Virus record (IMG/VR): IMGVR_UViG_3300033068_001957
Coordinates: 96,189-160,188 of that record
Length of the DNA: 64,000 nucleotides
Strand: one strand, 5' to 3'
Source of the DNA: a virus
Lineage: Duplodnaviria > Caudoviricetes
The notes beneath the pieces were generated by a model. It searched no databases and had not been told where the DNA came from. It was given only the letters and a program-made list of their open reading frames with translations. A program made the position numbers and the translations under genes. Below, in pieces: positions 49,761 to 60,118 of this stretch. How positions within the stretch are numbered: the first letter of the stretch is position 1; each line of letters opens with the position of its first letter.

Positions 49761-50664
49761 ATGTAAAGAGTGTGGTCAAGACTTTCCCGCCGAAAGAAGC
49801 CTTCACACCCATCTAAAGGCGCATGGTATTTATATCGCCGACTACTATTGCAAACATTACCCTCGCAAGGATAGGCTTACTGGAGAATCTATTCAATTCA
49901 AGGACAAAGAACAATACTTTTCTAGCTATTTCTCTTGCCGCAAAAATATGTTGGAATGGTTTGAAGTGGCCGATCCAAACGAAGCCAAGGATTTAGCCTT
50001 AACTATGCTTAAGGATAGAGTAAAAAGTAAAAAACTATCCATTGCTCCTAATGAAATAGAACTATTCTTTGCAAATTTGCCGCCACTAAAAGTTTACAAG
50101 AATCTATTTGGATCATACACTGAGATTTGTGAAGTCGCTGGTGTTAAACCCCCGTTTACAAACAAACTTCCAGATTCATGGGCGCAGGATTATTCTAAAA
50201 GGAGAGTATGGATCGACACGCGAGAGCAAAATCCGTTGGTATTCGCGAATAGCGAATCTATGAAATTAGATACGGGTGATTATTCAACGAGCGGAGACGA
50301 CTTTAAAAATACATTTGTTGACCGTAAGAGCTTCGATGATTGGTGCGGCACATTAGTTGGGAATAACCTCGAAAGATTTCGCCGCGAAATTACAAGATGC
50401 AAAACTCAGGGTTGTTATCTATGGGTTGTCATAGAATGCCCGCTAGAAGATGTTTACAGCCTTTCTAGAGCGTCGTATCACAAGCCGAACATCTCTTATG
50501 TGGCGCATAATATGAGACTGCTACAAGCTGAGTTCGCGGGGTCTTTGCAGTTTTTATTTTCTGGGAGCAGGGAAAATAGTCAAGCAATAATTCCCAAGCT
50601 ATTATGTTTGGGTGATAAACTTTTTAATGTGGATATACAATATTTTATAGGAGGACAAACATAA
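49750..50664 (+). CDS. C2H2 zinc finger plus ERCC4/XPF-type nuclease
   Basis: FKCKECGQDF...LHTHLKAH; IDTREQ...LDTGDY...VDRKSFDD; ATG at 49750. Confidence 0.85.
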   Translation: MSFKCKECGQDFPAERSLHTHLKAHGIYIADYYCKHYPRKDRLTGESIQFKDKEQYFSSYFSCRKNMLEWFEVADPNEAKDLALTMLKDRVKSKKLSIAPNEIELFFANLPPLKVYKNLFGSYTEICEVAGVKPPFTNKLPDSWAQDYSKRRVWIDTREQNPLVFANSESMKLDTGDYSTSGDDFKNTFVDRKSFDDWCGTLVGNNLERFRREITRCKTQGCYLWVVIECPLEDVYSLSRASYHKPNISYVAHNMRLLQAEFAGSLQFLFSGSRENSQAIIPKLLCLGDKLFNVDIQYFIGGQT

Positions 50665-51434
50665 TGGCCGAAAAGCGAAGAAAAAAATGGACTAAAGATG
50701 AAGTTTTGGCGGATTCTAAAAAATTTAAATATAAAAATCTTTGGAGGGTTAAGTCTAAGGGCGCTCATGCTGCGGCAATCCGATTTGGCATTTTAGAGGA
50801 ATGCTATTCCCACATGACTGAGATGAGAAATCCATATAAAAGCGGTGGAGTTGTTTATGTTTTTGAGTTCGATGATAATTCTTGTTACGTTGGTCTTTCT
50901 GGGAATGTCAGCAAGAGATTCTCGGCACATATGGAAGATGGTCCAGTATATAAACAAATTTCGATGGGCTTTACTTTTAAATTTAAAATCCTTGAACATA
51001 AAACTAACTACCCAACCGAAACAAAGGAAAAGGAAAAGTTTTGGGCCGCATTTTATGAATTAAATGGTTGGAATCTATTGAATGATAAAAAAAGTTTGGG
51101 CGCTTTGGGTGGTAGCATTATTAAATGGAGCGAACAAAAGGTAAGAGAGTCTTCTCTTAAATTTTCTTCTATTAAGGAGTGGAGGAAAAGTGAGGAAGGG
51201 TCTTATCGTGCTGCTATAAAATATGGTATTTTAGACGAGTTGTCTATTGGAAAGAAGAAGGGACGTTTGGGTGGAAATGATGGGTATAAAACAAAACTTA
51301 CCCCAGAAAATGTGGAAGAAATAAAACATCTAAGCAAGAAAGGATTAACTCAGAAAACAATAGCTATTAAATTCAAGGTTAATCAAAGTACAATTTCAGA
51401 TATTTTAAAAGGCGAATCTTGGAGGGCATTTTAA
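50664..51434 (+). CDS. GIY-YIG homing endonuclease with C-terminal HTH
   Basis: GVVYVFEF..CYVGLS..RFSAH; TQKTIAIKFKVNQSTISDI. Confidence 0.8.
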   Translation: MAEKRRKKWTKDEVLADSKKFKYKNLWRVKSKGAHAAAIRFGILEECYSHMTEMRNPYKSGGVVYVFEFDDNSCYVGLSGNVSKRFSAHMEDGPVYKQISMGFTFKFKILEHKTNYPTETKEKEKFWAAFYELNGWNLLNDKKSLGALGGSIIKWSEQKVRESSLKFSSIKEWRKSEEGSYRAAIKYGILDELSIGKKKGRLGGNDGYKTKLTPENVEEIKHLSKKGLTQKTIAIKFKVNQSTISDILKGESWRAF

Positions 51435-51435
51435 T

Positions 51436-53280
51436 ATGAGCTGGATTAATGGCGCACAACCCCCCCTTCCAAAGGAAGACGTAAATGGCAGACTGGCTAA
51501 GGCTGATGGTTATCTAGAGGAGAAAGATGCTAAGCTTTGGTTGTACGATTTCTTTAAGGAAAACACTCAGTTTGCCGTGGACGTTTTGATGGGAGTGGAG
51601 CTGTTTCCATTCCAATCTATGATGGTAAAAACGATGATGAAAAGCGATTATTTTCTAGGCATACTAGGGCGCGGATCATCGAAAACTTTTTCCAGCGGTA
51701 TTTTCTTAGCTTTATATGCTGCATTAAATCAGGGCGTCCATATTGGAGTGCTCAGCGCTTCTTTTCGTCAAAGCAAGGGGATAATGAAAAAGATTCTAGA
51801 TATTCGTAAGTCACCTAAAGCCAGATTGCTAGATCAGTGTATAACCAAGGTGTCCCTGCAAAATGATGAGTGGAATATTGAGTTAGGTCAAAGTAAGATA
51901 ACGGCTCTACCGCTTGGACAAGGCGAAAAACTTCGCGGCTTTCGCTTCCAAGTGATGGTAATGGACGAACTTCTTTTGATGCCCGCAAAAATTGTGAACG
52001 AAGTAATTTTGCCCTTCCTCGCTGTAGTTACCAATCCTACGGAGAGGAAAAAGGTTTATGATGCTGAAACCAATTTAATTAGTCAAGGCAAGATGTTAGA
52101 ATCGGAAAGAAAAGTTTGGCCAAGCAATAAGATTATTGGCCTATCTTCTGCATCTTACCAGTTTGAGCATCTTTATACGATGTATAAAAACTATGAGAAG
52201 CTAATTCTTTCTGGAGAAAGCAAGAACGCACATTATAGTATTTTTCATATGTCTTACGATGCTGTTCCAGACGCCCTATATGATCCATCTCTACTTGAAA
52301 AAGCCAAAGAGGAAATGTCAGAAGCGCAGATGGACCGCGAGTTTCGAAGTACGTTCACTTCTGATTCATCTGGATTCTTCAAAATATCGAAAATGTTAGC
52401 TTGTACTTTTGCAGATGGAGAAGGTCAATCAGTTGAACTATTTGGCAATAAGACAGATGAATATATCTGCTCCATAGATTCTAGTTGGTCGGAGAGCGAT
52501 TCTTCCGACTACTTCGCAATGCACGTCTTAAAGATCGACAAGGAAGGCGAGTCTGCTATTTGTGTCCATCCTTATGCTATTGCTGGTGGCGCTCCAAAGG
52601 ATCATATTGCTTACTTTTATTATCTCTTGACTAATTTTAATATTCAATTTATTACAATGGACTTTATGGGCGGCGCTCAATTTCTTTCTTCATGTAATGA
52701 AAGCGAATTATTCAAATCCGCAAAAATAGAAATCAAAACAATCGACGTAGAGGTCGAAAATCCAGAGGAATACCAGCAAAACATCCAAGAAATCCGCCAA
52801 CAGTATAACTTGAGTGGCAAAAAGATTTGTTTCTTGAGAAAGCCTTCTACAGGATGGATTCGTTCTGCAAATGAATTGCTACAAAGATCATTTGATACGA
52901 AGGATATTATGTTCGCGGGTGGCGCAATGGATTCTGAATTTGTCAGACAAACATCTAACCCTGAAAAAGTTAGTGGATTAAAATTTCTTAGAGAAGAAAA
53001 GGGCGAAACGCATACTGTGGTTGATTTTGTCGAAAATCTTAAAGATTTAATGACTCTTACTAGAACTCAATGCGCAATGATTGAGGTTTCATCAACGCCT
53101 ACTGGACACCAGAGTTTTGATTTGCCAAAAAATTTAAAACAACAGAGGGGCGCGAATCGCGCTAGAAAAGATTTATATTCCGCGTTAGTTCTTGCCAACT
53201 GGGGAAGAAAAATCTTCTACGATATGAAAAAGATGCCCGTAGAAGAGATTCAATCGACATTTACTCCATTTTTTGCGTAG
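51436..53280 (+). CDS. terL: terminase large subunit
   Basis: LFPFQ Q-motif, Walker A GRGSSKT, LRGFR..VMDE Walker B, C-terminal RNase H-like (SIDSS..SD, RKDLYSA). Confidence 0.9.
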   Translation: MSWINGAQPPLPKEDVNGRLAKADGYLEEKDAKLWLYDFFKENTQFAVDVLMGVELFPFQSMMVKTMMKSDYFLGILGRGSSKTFSSGIFLALYAALNQGVHIGVLSASFRQSKGIMKKILDIRKSPKARLLDQCITKVSLQNDEWNIELGQSKITALPLGQGEKLRGFRFQVMVMDELLLMPAKIVNEVILPFLAVVTNPTERKKVYDAETNLISQGKMLESERKVWPSNKIIGLSSASYQFEHLYTMYKNYEKLILSGESKNAHYSIFHMSYDAVPDALYDPSLLEKAKEEMSEAQMDREFRSTFTSDSSGFFKISKMLACTFADGEGQSVELFGNKTDEYICSIDSSWSESDSSDYFAMHVLKIDKEGESAICVHPYAIAGGAPKDHIAYFYYLLTNFNIQFITMDFMGGAQFLSSCNESELFKSAKIEIKTIDVEVENPEEYQQNIQEIRQQYNLSGKKICFLRKPSTGWIRSANELLQRSFDTKDIMFAGGAMDSEFVRQTSNPEKVSGLKFLREEKGETHTVVDFVENLKDLMTLTRTQCAMIEVSSTPTGHQSFDLPKNLKQQRGANRARKDLYSALVLANWGRKIFYDMKKMPVEEIQSTFTPFFA

Positions 53281-53317
53281 CATCCGTTTTTTAGAGATTT
53301 TCTGGGTAGTATATTTC

Positions 53318-53995
53318 ATGATTGAAATCTCTACGCGGCTGGAAATGCCTAAATCTTCTGGTATTTATAAAATGACTAACAAGGCGAATGGAAAAGTTTA
53401 TATCGGCAAAAGTGTCGATATGCACCAACGATTTATTGATTACGTAGGAGATATCAGAAAGGGTAAAAAGCGTTTCATTCTCGATGCAATTCGTAAATAC
53501 GGCTGGGATGGGTTTAAGCTGGAAATCATAGAAATTTACCCAACCAGAGTCGATAACAATTATCTTTTAGACAGGGAGGCGTTTTGGATTAAAATTTATC
53601 GCGCAACGCAACGTGGAATTGGATATAATCTTTGCGAATATAGCCGTGATAGGGGCGGGATTCCTTTGTCTGAGGAGCACAAAAGAAGAATCGGCAGTTC
53701 TAATAAGAAAATTAAAAGAATCATTAATCCAGAGGCGCGAAAGAAATTGGTGGATGGTCTTCGCAAGGTGTGTAAAACCAGAGAGTTTAAGCTGAATATG
53801 GTTAATAAGAAAAGGTTCAAAACAATTTTGCATCAAATTGATCCAGTCACGCTAGAGAGGGTAAAAACTTGGGATTTACTAAGCGAAGCCGCCGATAGTT
53901 TAAAAATGTCCCTTCAAGGACTTTTATATTATACCGAAACTGGTAAAGTTCACAAGGGATTCCTGTGGGAAAGAGAGAAAGTCAACAATTTCTGA
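53318..53995 (+). CDS. GIY-YIG homing endonuclease (NUMOD3/NUMOD1)
   Basis: SGIYKMTNKANGKVYIGKS...GYNL...LSEEHKRRIG. Confidence 0.9.
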   Translation: MIEISTRLEMPKSSGIYKMTNKANGKVYIGKSVDMHQRFIDYVGDIRKGKKRFILDAIRKYGWDGFKLEIIEIYPTRVDNNYLLDREAFWIKIYRATQRGIGYNLCEYSRDRGGIPLSEEHKRRIGSSNKKIKRIINPEARKKLVDGLRKVCKTREFKLNMVNKKRFKTILHQIDPVTLERVKTWDLLSEAADSLKMSLQGLLYYTETGKVHKGFLWEREKVNNF

Positions 53996-54023
53996 CTTTT
54001 AGACTTATTGTGTAATCAATTAT

Positions 54024-56063
54024 ATGCCCCGCCCCTACGTAAAGAAAAAACAGGAATATTGGAACCAGTTCGAGCAGGTTAATGCAGCACTTCCCAATGT
54101 AGCAGTTCAATCTTGGAAGCCAGAAACGGCGGGCGATCCATTTTACATGTCCTCATCTAGTCTCCTAGCCCATACGGCCAAAGCTTCCATTGGAGCGCGT
54201 CTAAGCCAGACTACAACCGATTCTACAGGCCAGCGAGTAAATGCCGCCGCACTTATTGGCAACCCCGAGAGATTTGCCTGTATCCGCCAAGGACTTTTGC
54301 CTTATAGATACTCGAAAGATTGTGTAGATATTCGTGATGCTATTCACCTTTGCCAGCTTGCACATGCTAACGTGGCAGTTTTCCGCAACGCCATCTCACT
54401 CATGGCTGAAATGGCCAACTCTCCCATCTATTTCGATGGCGGCACAAAAAAATCCCGCGATTTCTTCGCCGCATGGACTAAGAAAGTTAAAATCGGCAAG
54501 GTGGCGGAACAATTTTTCTTGGAATTTTATCGTTCGAGTAATGTGTTTGTTTATCGTATCGAAGCGCCATTTGAGGCGGAAGATTTTATCAAACTAACTC
54601 AGGTTTACGGTTCGGACGGAGAAGTTGCGGGGTCAAATAAGATTCCAGTGTCCTATATCTTTCTCAACCCTTATGATATTGTGTCCAGAGCAGCAACAGC
54701 TTTTTCGAGCGGCCAATATGAAAAAGTTCTTTCACGCTTTGAACTAGAGCGTTTGAAGAATCCTCAGACAGATGAAGACCGCCAAATACTCGCAAATCTT
54801 CCTCAAGAAGCTCAGGATGCAATTAAGAATAAAGCATGGGTAACTGATGGCGTGAGAGTAAAGTTGGATGCGAAGATGCTAATTACTAGCTTCCTCTCAA
54901 AAATGGCATACGAACCCTTCGCCGTTCCATTTGGTTATCCAGTATTAGACGACATCAACGCCAAGCTCGAACTCAAGAAAATGGATCAAGCAATTCTACG
55001 CACGGTAGAAAATGCCATCCTTCTTATTACAATGGGTGCAAAGCCAGATGAAGGTGGTATCAACCCTGCTAATCTTACGGCCATGCAAAACCTTTTTAAA
55101 AATGAAAGTGTTGGCCGCGTATTGGTTTCCGATTGGACTACAAAAGCTGAATTCATCATTCCAGACCTTAAGAAAGTTCTCGGCCCCGAAAAATACGAAA
55201 TCCTCAACCAAGACATCCAAGAAGGTCTCCAAAATGTTCTAGTCGGCGAGGAAAAGTATGGCAACACACAAACTAAGGTAAAAATCTTCCTTGAGAAATT
55301 AAATGTGGCGCGAAATGCTTTCTTGAATGATTTGCTCCAACCAGAAGTCCAGCGCATTGCCAAATCTCTCGGAATGCGTAAATTTCCCACGGCGAAATTC
55401 AAAACAATCAGCGCCGACGATCAAACTCAAACGTGGAGAGTTATCACGCGCATGATGGAATTAGGAATTCTAACTCCAGAACAAACTTTAACAGCTATTC
55501 GCACGGGCGAATTCACTAATCCAGAGAGCGAAGAATTTATGTCTTCTCAGCAACAGTATGTTTCAGAGCGCAAGAAAGGAATGTGGAATCCGCTATCTCC
55601 TGTTCCGACTATGCCACAGGCCGCTCCTCCAATGGACCCTAATGTTAAATACCAAGTAGATAACGCTCCCGCTCCTGCCACGCCAACAAAATCTGGTGGT
55701 GCAAAAAAGAAATCAAAACCAATGAAATCATCGGGTCGTCCAAGTGGTTCAAAGGCCAGTCTTTCTACTATTCAGGAAACCATTTATGCCACCGAAGAAT
55801 TGTTATCTCATATTCGCGGCGAAATAAAATCTCTTCATAGTCTTGAATCTCTTTCAGAGCAACAAGAACAGATTTCTCAACAGTTAATGCAATCAGTCGT
55901 TTGCGCGGCAGAAAAAAATAACTGGCACAAATTAGCAACTGCTTGTGTGAATGATAATTCTAAAATGTTGGATTTAAATGTTCGGCCCGAAGTTCTAGAT
56001 TTGGCGGTGGAATTTGAATTGCCAGATTATGATGCGGCTATTTTGTTTGAGTCCCAGAATTAA
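54024..56063 (+). CDS. portal protein
   Basis: 679 aa after terL; VFRNAISLMAE, EFYRSSNVF, YEPFAVPF portal-like segments; GTGTAA at 54010. Confidence 0.75.
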   Translation: MPRPYVKKKQEYWNQFEQVNAALPNVAVQSWKPETAGDPFYMSSSSLLAHTAKASIGARLSQTTTDSTGQRVNAAALIGNPERFACIRQGLLPYRYSKDCVDIRDAIHLCQLAHANVAVFRNAISLMAEMANSPIYFDGGTKKSRDFFAAWTKKVKIGKVAEQFFLEFYRSSNVFVYRIEAPFEAEDFIKLTQVYGSDGEVAGSNKIPVSYIFLNPYDIVSRAATAFSSGQYEKVLSRFELERLKNPQTDEDRQILANLPQEAQDAIKNKAWVTDGVRVKLDAKMLITSFLSKMAYEPFAVPFGYPVLDDINAKLELKKMDQAILRTVENAILLITMGAKPDEGGINPANLTAMQNLFKNESVGRVLVSDWTTKAEFIIPDLKKVLGPEKYEILNQDIQEGLQNVLVGEEKYGNTQTKVKIFLEKLNVARNAFLNDLLQPEVQRIAKSLGMRKFPTAKFKTISADDQTQTWRVITRMMELGILTPEQTLTAIRTGEFTNPESEEFMSSQQQYVSERKKGMWNPLSPVPTMPQAAPPMDPNVKYQVDNAPAPATPTKSGGAKKKSKPMKSSGRPSGSKASLSTIQETIYATEELLSHIRGEIKSLHSLESLSEQQEQISQQLMQSVVCAAEKNNWHKLATACVNDNSKMLDLNVRPEVLDLAVEFELPDYDAAILFESQN

Positions 56064-57253
56064 GAAACCTTCCAATTAGGAATCTTCAAGGTATTCTTAA
56101 AGAAATCTTCCAAGCAAATCCTACAACTTAATCCAATGTGTGGGTGCCAGTATGAGGCGCTAATTCCACATTTGCATTTTGAATTATTAGGTATATATTC
56201 TGGTCTTTTGTCGCTCATAATTAATCTTCTAGTTCATACTCCCAAACATCTATCCATTGACCATCGTATTCAAATGGAGACTTGTACCTATGCGGGCGAT
56301 TATCGCTATCATAGCTATAATTTAAGATTTCTAGGATGCTGGATTTTTCGTTCTCGCTATATCTGGCGAGCAAAAGCTTTTGAGTGAGACGCAGGTTATT
56401 CTCAATGCCTCCAAAATTTATTGCGTCTTCCAATTCATTCTGGAGATTGATTTCGCGCCGTAATTTTGTGTATTCTTTTCTATATTTGGTTTTGCCGTTA
56501 TCTGTGGAATGCGGCCTCTTAACTTCTTGTTCGAATGATTGGTAGAGTTTCATGTTATTCTTGTGGTAAAATTGCGTTAATCAATTCAATCTGGCGGGTA
56601 GTACAGCTAGTATAGTGATAGATGTGGGAGAGACACTCTTCTAGCTGTTGGATTCTCATCCAAAATTCGTATTCGCAATTATTCGGCATACCGATGTGCT
56701 CTCCATAACGCATCAATTTATTTTGAAAATGCGGAGCGCCCGATTCTTGGATTGAGTATTTCATATTAATATGGCCATGTAGGCCCAAAGTGTTGCTTTG
56801 CTTTTTCTCTAATTTCTTCTAGGCGGGCGATAAAAACATCTAGATCGCAAACATGAATTTTATCAACTTCTCCATCAGCGACAAGAGTAAGCTCCAAACA
56901 ACCGTCCCATTTAACAAAAGTCGAATCATCGTCAAACCCAGAATTATCTGCGCCCGCTAGTTGCAACCAATGATCTTTTGTATTGGTGGGGTCGATTTGC
57001 CAGTATTTCATGTTAATTTTGGCCGAAGTAAGAGATTTCTTCTAGGATATCCTTGTGTTGTTGTTCTTCTCGTTCGGCGTCTCGTTGTTCGAATTTTTCG
57101 GCCATCTTTAAGATATTAGATAAATATCCCAACGTCAATGGGGTAGATGGGCTGTTGTTTTTAATGGCAATATCTAGGACTGCCAAAATGTTTTTGGAGT
57201 TAATCATGTTTACAATCTAGTCCATGTTCTTTGAATGGTCAAGACTTCTTTTG

Positions 57254-58276
57254 TTAAAGATTGTTCAGTCGGTTAAAATACCACTTCTTGGCTGGACCTG
57301 CCAACAATTTGCCGAGGTCTTTTTCCTTGATTTCCGATTTTTCCATTTCGAGCGAGCATTCTTTGATAACGTCGTTGAATATCCAGCGAATGAAATCGCC
57401 CGTGCTAGATTGGTCTTGGGGCTTATTGTTTTCTTTTAGCCAGCCAAAGCCTTGCTCTAGTCGGCCTTCATCTAAGACAGAATTAATAAATGCTTGTTCT
57501 GACTCAAATTTTTCAATATCGACGGTGGCGAGTTTTCGGACTTTAGAATTGCTGTGAAGTTGTCCTTTGCATTTGAACCAGTAGCGAGAACTTTCATAAC
57601 CCTCTGTGACTGAGCGCATTACGAGCCCTTCTCCAATTCCAGATACGCCGAAAGCTTTTCCTACGGGACATTCTGCCTCAACCTCCAATACCCACTTGTT
57701 GATTTGATCAATAGCATATTCAGGCGATTCAAAATTAATATCAATCTTGAAGGTCGGGAAGTTATAAATATTATAAACGCCCGCTGGCATAATCCAGTTT
57801 CTTGTGTCCAACCATTCTTCGATTTCGCCGCTTTCTGAAATAAGACGGGCCGCAAAGATATAGAACGCCTTTGGCAGGGTTGAGATTGCTACATTCTTTT
57901 GGATTCCTTGGCCAGCCCATTCACCATAAACGGCGACTTTCTGCCAATCGGCGGGAAAATTAGACCTCAGAATATCCCAATCTTCTACTGATACAGAATT
58001 AGCCCATGCGGCAGAACCAGCGTTATCACTTGTTGGAGAAATGATTCTCTCGCGAGACTGGCAATAAAAACCATTATTTTTCTCAAAGATGACTCCATTG
58101 CAAGTTCCGTGCAATTTTATCGTTCCCTCATAAGAAAGAGTCGGCATTAATGCTGTACGATCCATGATTGGTTCGTCATTTGCGTCTTGACCGCGATATT
58201 GAGATTTCCATTGCACGTTGCGGCGTACATGGGAGAATTGGTCGATAGAGGGGAATGCGTGGTGTGTTGTGCTCAT
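57254..58276 (-). CDS. RNA ligase 2 (Rnl2) family protein
   Basis: Motif I KLHGT, QSRER, YGEWAG, GEGLV, FKCK. Confidence 0.85.
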   Translation of the reverse strand: MSTTHHAFPSIDQFSHVRRNVQWKSQYRGQDANDEPIMDRTALMPTLSYEGTIKLHGTCNGVIFEKNNGFYCQSRERIISPTSDNAGSAAWANSVSVEDWDILRSNFPADWQKVAVYGEWAGQGIQKNVAISTLPKAFYIFAARLISESGEIEEWLDTRNWIMPAGVYNIYNFPTFKIDINFESPEYAIDQINKWVLEVEAECPVGKAFGVSGIGEGLVMRSVTEGYESSRYWFKCKGQLHSNSKVRKLATVDIEKFESEQAFINSVLDEGRLEQGFGWLKENNKPQDQSSTGDFIRWIFNDVIKECSLEMEKSEIKEKDLGKLLAGPAKKWYFNRLNNL

Positions 58277-58279
58277 GTA

Positions 58280-58999
58280 TTATACGGTAGGATTGTTTAC
58301 AAAAAAGTCAAGGGGATTTACGAATTTTGGCATAAAATTTCCCTGTGTCGCGCCGCAAACTGGGATCATTCCATTTGCATCAGCGCTGACATCAGCCAAT
58401 TCTGTCAATTTTTTATACCACATTTTTTCAGAGAAACCAGCTTTAGCGTCTTTGCTCCTAACCATAATATGAAAACCTCCTCTAGTTTCAAGGAGTTCGC
58501 ATTTATTATCGACAAGAGCTAGGGCAGTCTTAATTATCTCGGGGTCTTTGGAATCAATATCGAAATCAATAAATACTTTATTACCGCAAGTACGATGGAT
58601 TTCTGAAATAACTTCTTGGTGAGGATTGCTGTTCTTCCCCTGACATTCAATAACCGTGGCCAAGGCTTTAATGCTTCGAATGGTGGCCTTCCACATATCC
58701 CGAGGGTTTGGCGTGATATACAAAGCTAGACAATCTTGCGGGGCGTGATTTCCATCAAAATTATACGCTCCAATAGGGACTTCCAGTTGGGCGATTTTAT
58801 CATACATTCGCTTCTTGTCACTAAGAAATCTCTTAAGTTGAGCCTTGTCGGTTTTAATCCATGGTACATCCTTGTTGTATTTTTTTCTTGCAAATAATGC
58901 TAGGTAGTATTTTTCATGTTCAGCCAATTCTGGCAACCATTCGATAAAGTTTCGAAGGGCGGTTTTGTCTTTAATGATTTCGTAGTAGTCTCTAGTCAT
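58280..58999 (-). CDS. AEP (primase-polymerase)-like protein
   Basis: FIDFDID (DxD) and ETRGGFH motifs. Confidence 0.5.
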   Translation of the reverse strand: MTRDYYEIIKDKTALRNFIEWLPELAEHEKYYLALFARKKYNKDVPWIKTDKAQLKRFLSDKKRMYDKIAQLEVPIGAYNFDGNHAPQDCLALYITPNPRDMWKATIRSIKALATVIECQGKNSNPHQEVISEIHRTCGNKVFIDFDIDSKDPEIIKTALALVDNKCELLETRGGFHIMVRSKDAKAGFSEKMWYKKLTELADVSADANGMIPVCGATQGNFMPKFVNPLDFFVNNPTV

Positions 59000-60118
59000 A
59001 TCAATCTATAATCTCGCACTGGTTCATGAACAAGCAAGCACTATTTTCTCCATTCAGCGTTTCAACGTGGAAAACTGTTTGGTTGGATTTGGGCGTCACG
59101 GTCACTTCTACGATTTTTGCAATGGTTCCGTCGCAGCATTTGACGAGTTTGTTGATTAGGGGATTGTTCATATTTTATGCCCTCACATAGACCCCCAGTT
59201 TTCCATTATTATTGGATGCTTCGATTGTGAATTTGTTTTTGCCGCCCTGTTTTAGAATAATGGCTTCGTCCATTAGCGCCTCCAAGTAACTTTTGGCGGT
59301 GACGTGTTTGGAGATTCGATTGGTGGTTAGGGTGTAGGGTTTCATAATTATTGAAGAGTTAAATTTGTGGCGGTTTCAAGAAGGTCGATTAGCCCACTTA
59401 CGGTATTGTCTGCCGAATATGGGCTATGAGGGTCAAACGATTCGAGAAGTTTTTCCACCTGCTCCTTGATATAAATTTGTTCTGGCGTCATAAAGACAAT
59501 CTACCAGAGGCTGCAAAAGATGTCAAGAACTTTTTGGCCTTTTTCTCATGGGCTGCGTAAGGGCACGCTCAATTGTCCAGCCACGAATGATTCTTTTTCT
59601 TATTTCGTTTGCGCTTATTTTTGTTTCATTTTCCCATTCTGCAACGGATAAGGTTCTTCCATTGAAGGATATTTCTTTAATCGCAGCATGAGTTTTCTTC
59701 ACTAAGGGTTCTTTAAATATCTTTTCGTCGGGCCAATTTTTATGGAATCGGCTTCTTACATTTTTCCAGCTTATTTTATATTTTTCGCATAAAACTTCTA
59801 CTGGCAGCGTTTCGCCATCGACGGTAAACTCTTTTGGGCAAAAGTTTACTCTCGCCCTCATTTCTCTAGTAAGCGCTTCTTCTACAGACAAGCCGTATTT
59901 AAATATACGGCACCTAAGAGCGCCCGCAGAAACATTCAGGAAATCAGCCCATTCTGACACGGTTCTTGTTTCTCCATTATATTCAATGCGAACATTTTTG
60001 GTGGTGTTATTACCCTGTTCCTTCATTGTTGCCCATCTACAATTCGATGGCTCATAGTTTCCGTCGTTATTAATCCTATCTAAAGAGTGCTTAGCGGATG
60101 GTCTTGGCCCCATATCAT

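Noticed and set aside
51436-56063. Introns or inteins in terL or portal
   Set aside because: Both ORFs are continuous, of normal length and lack intein C/HN motifs.
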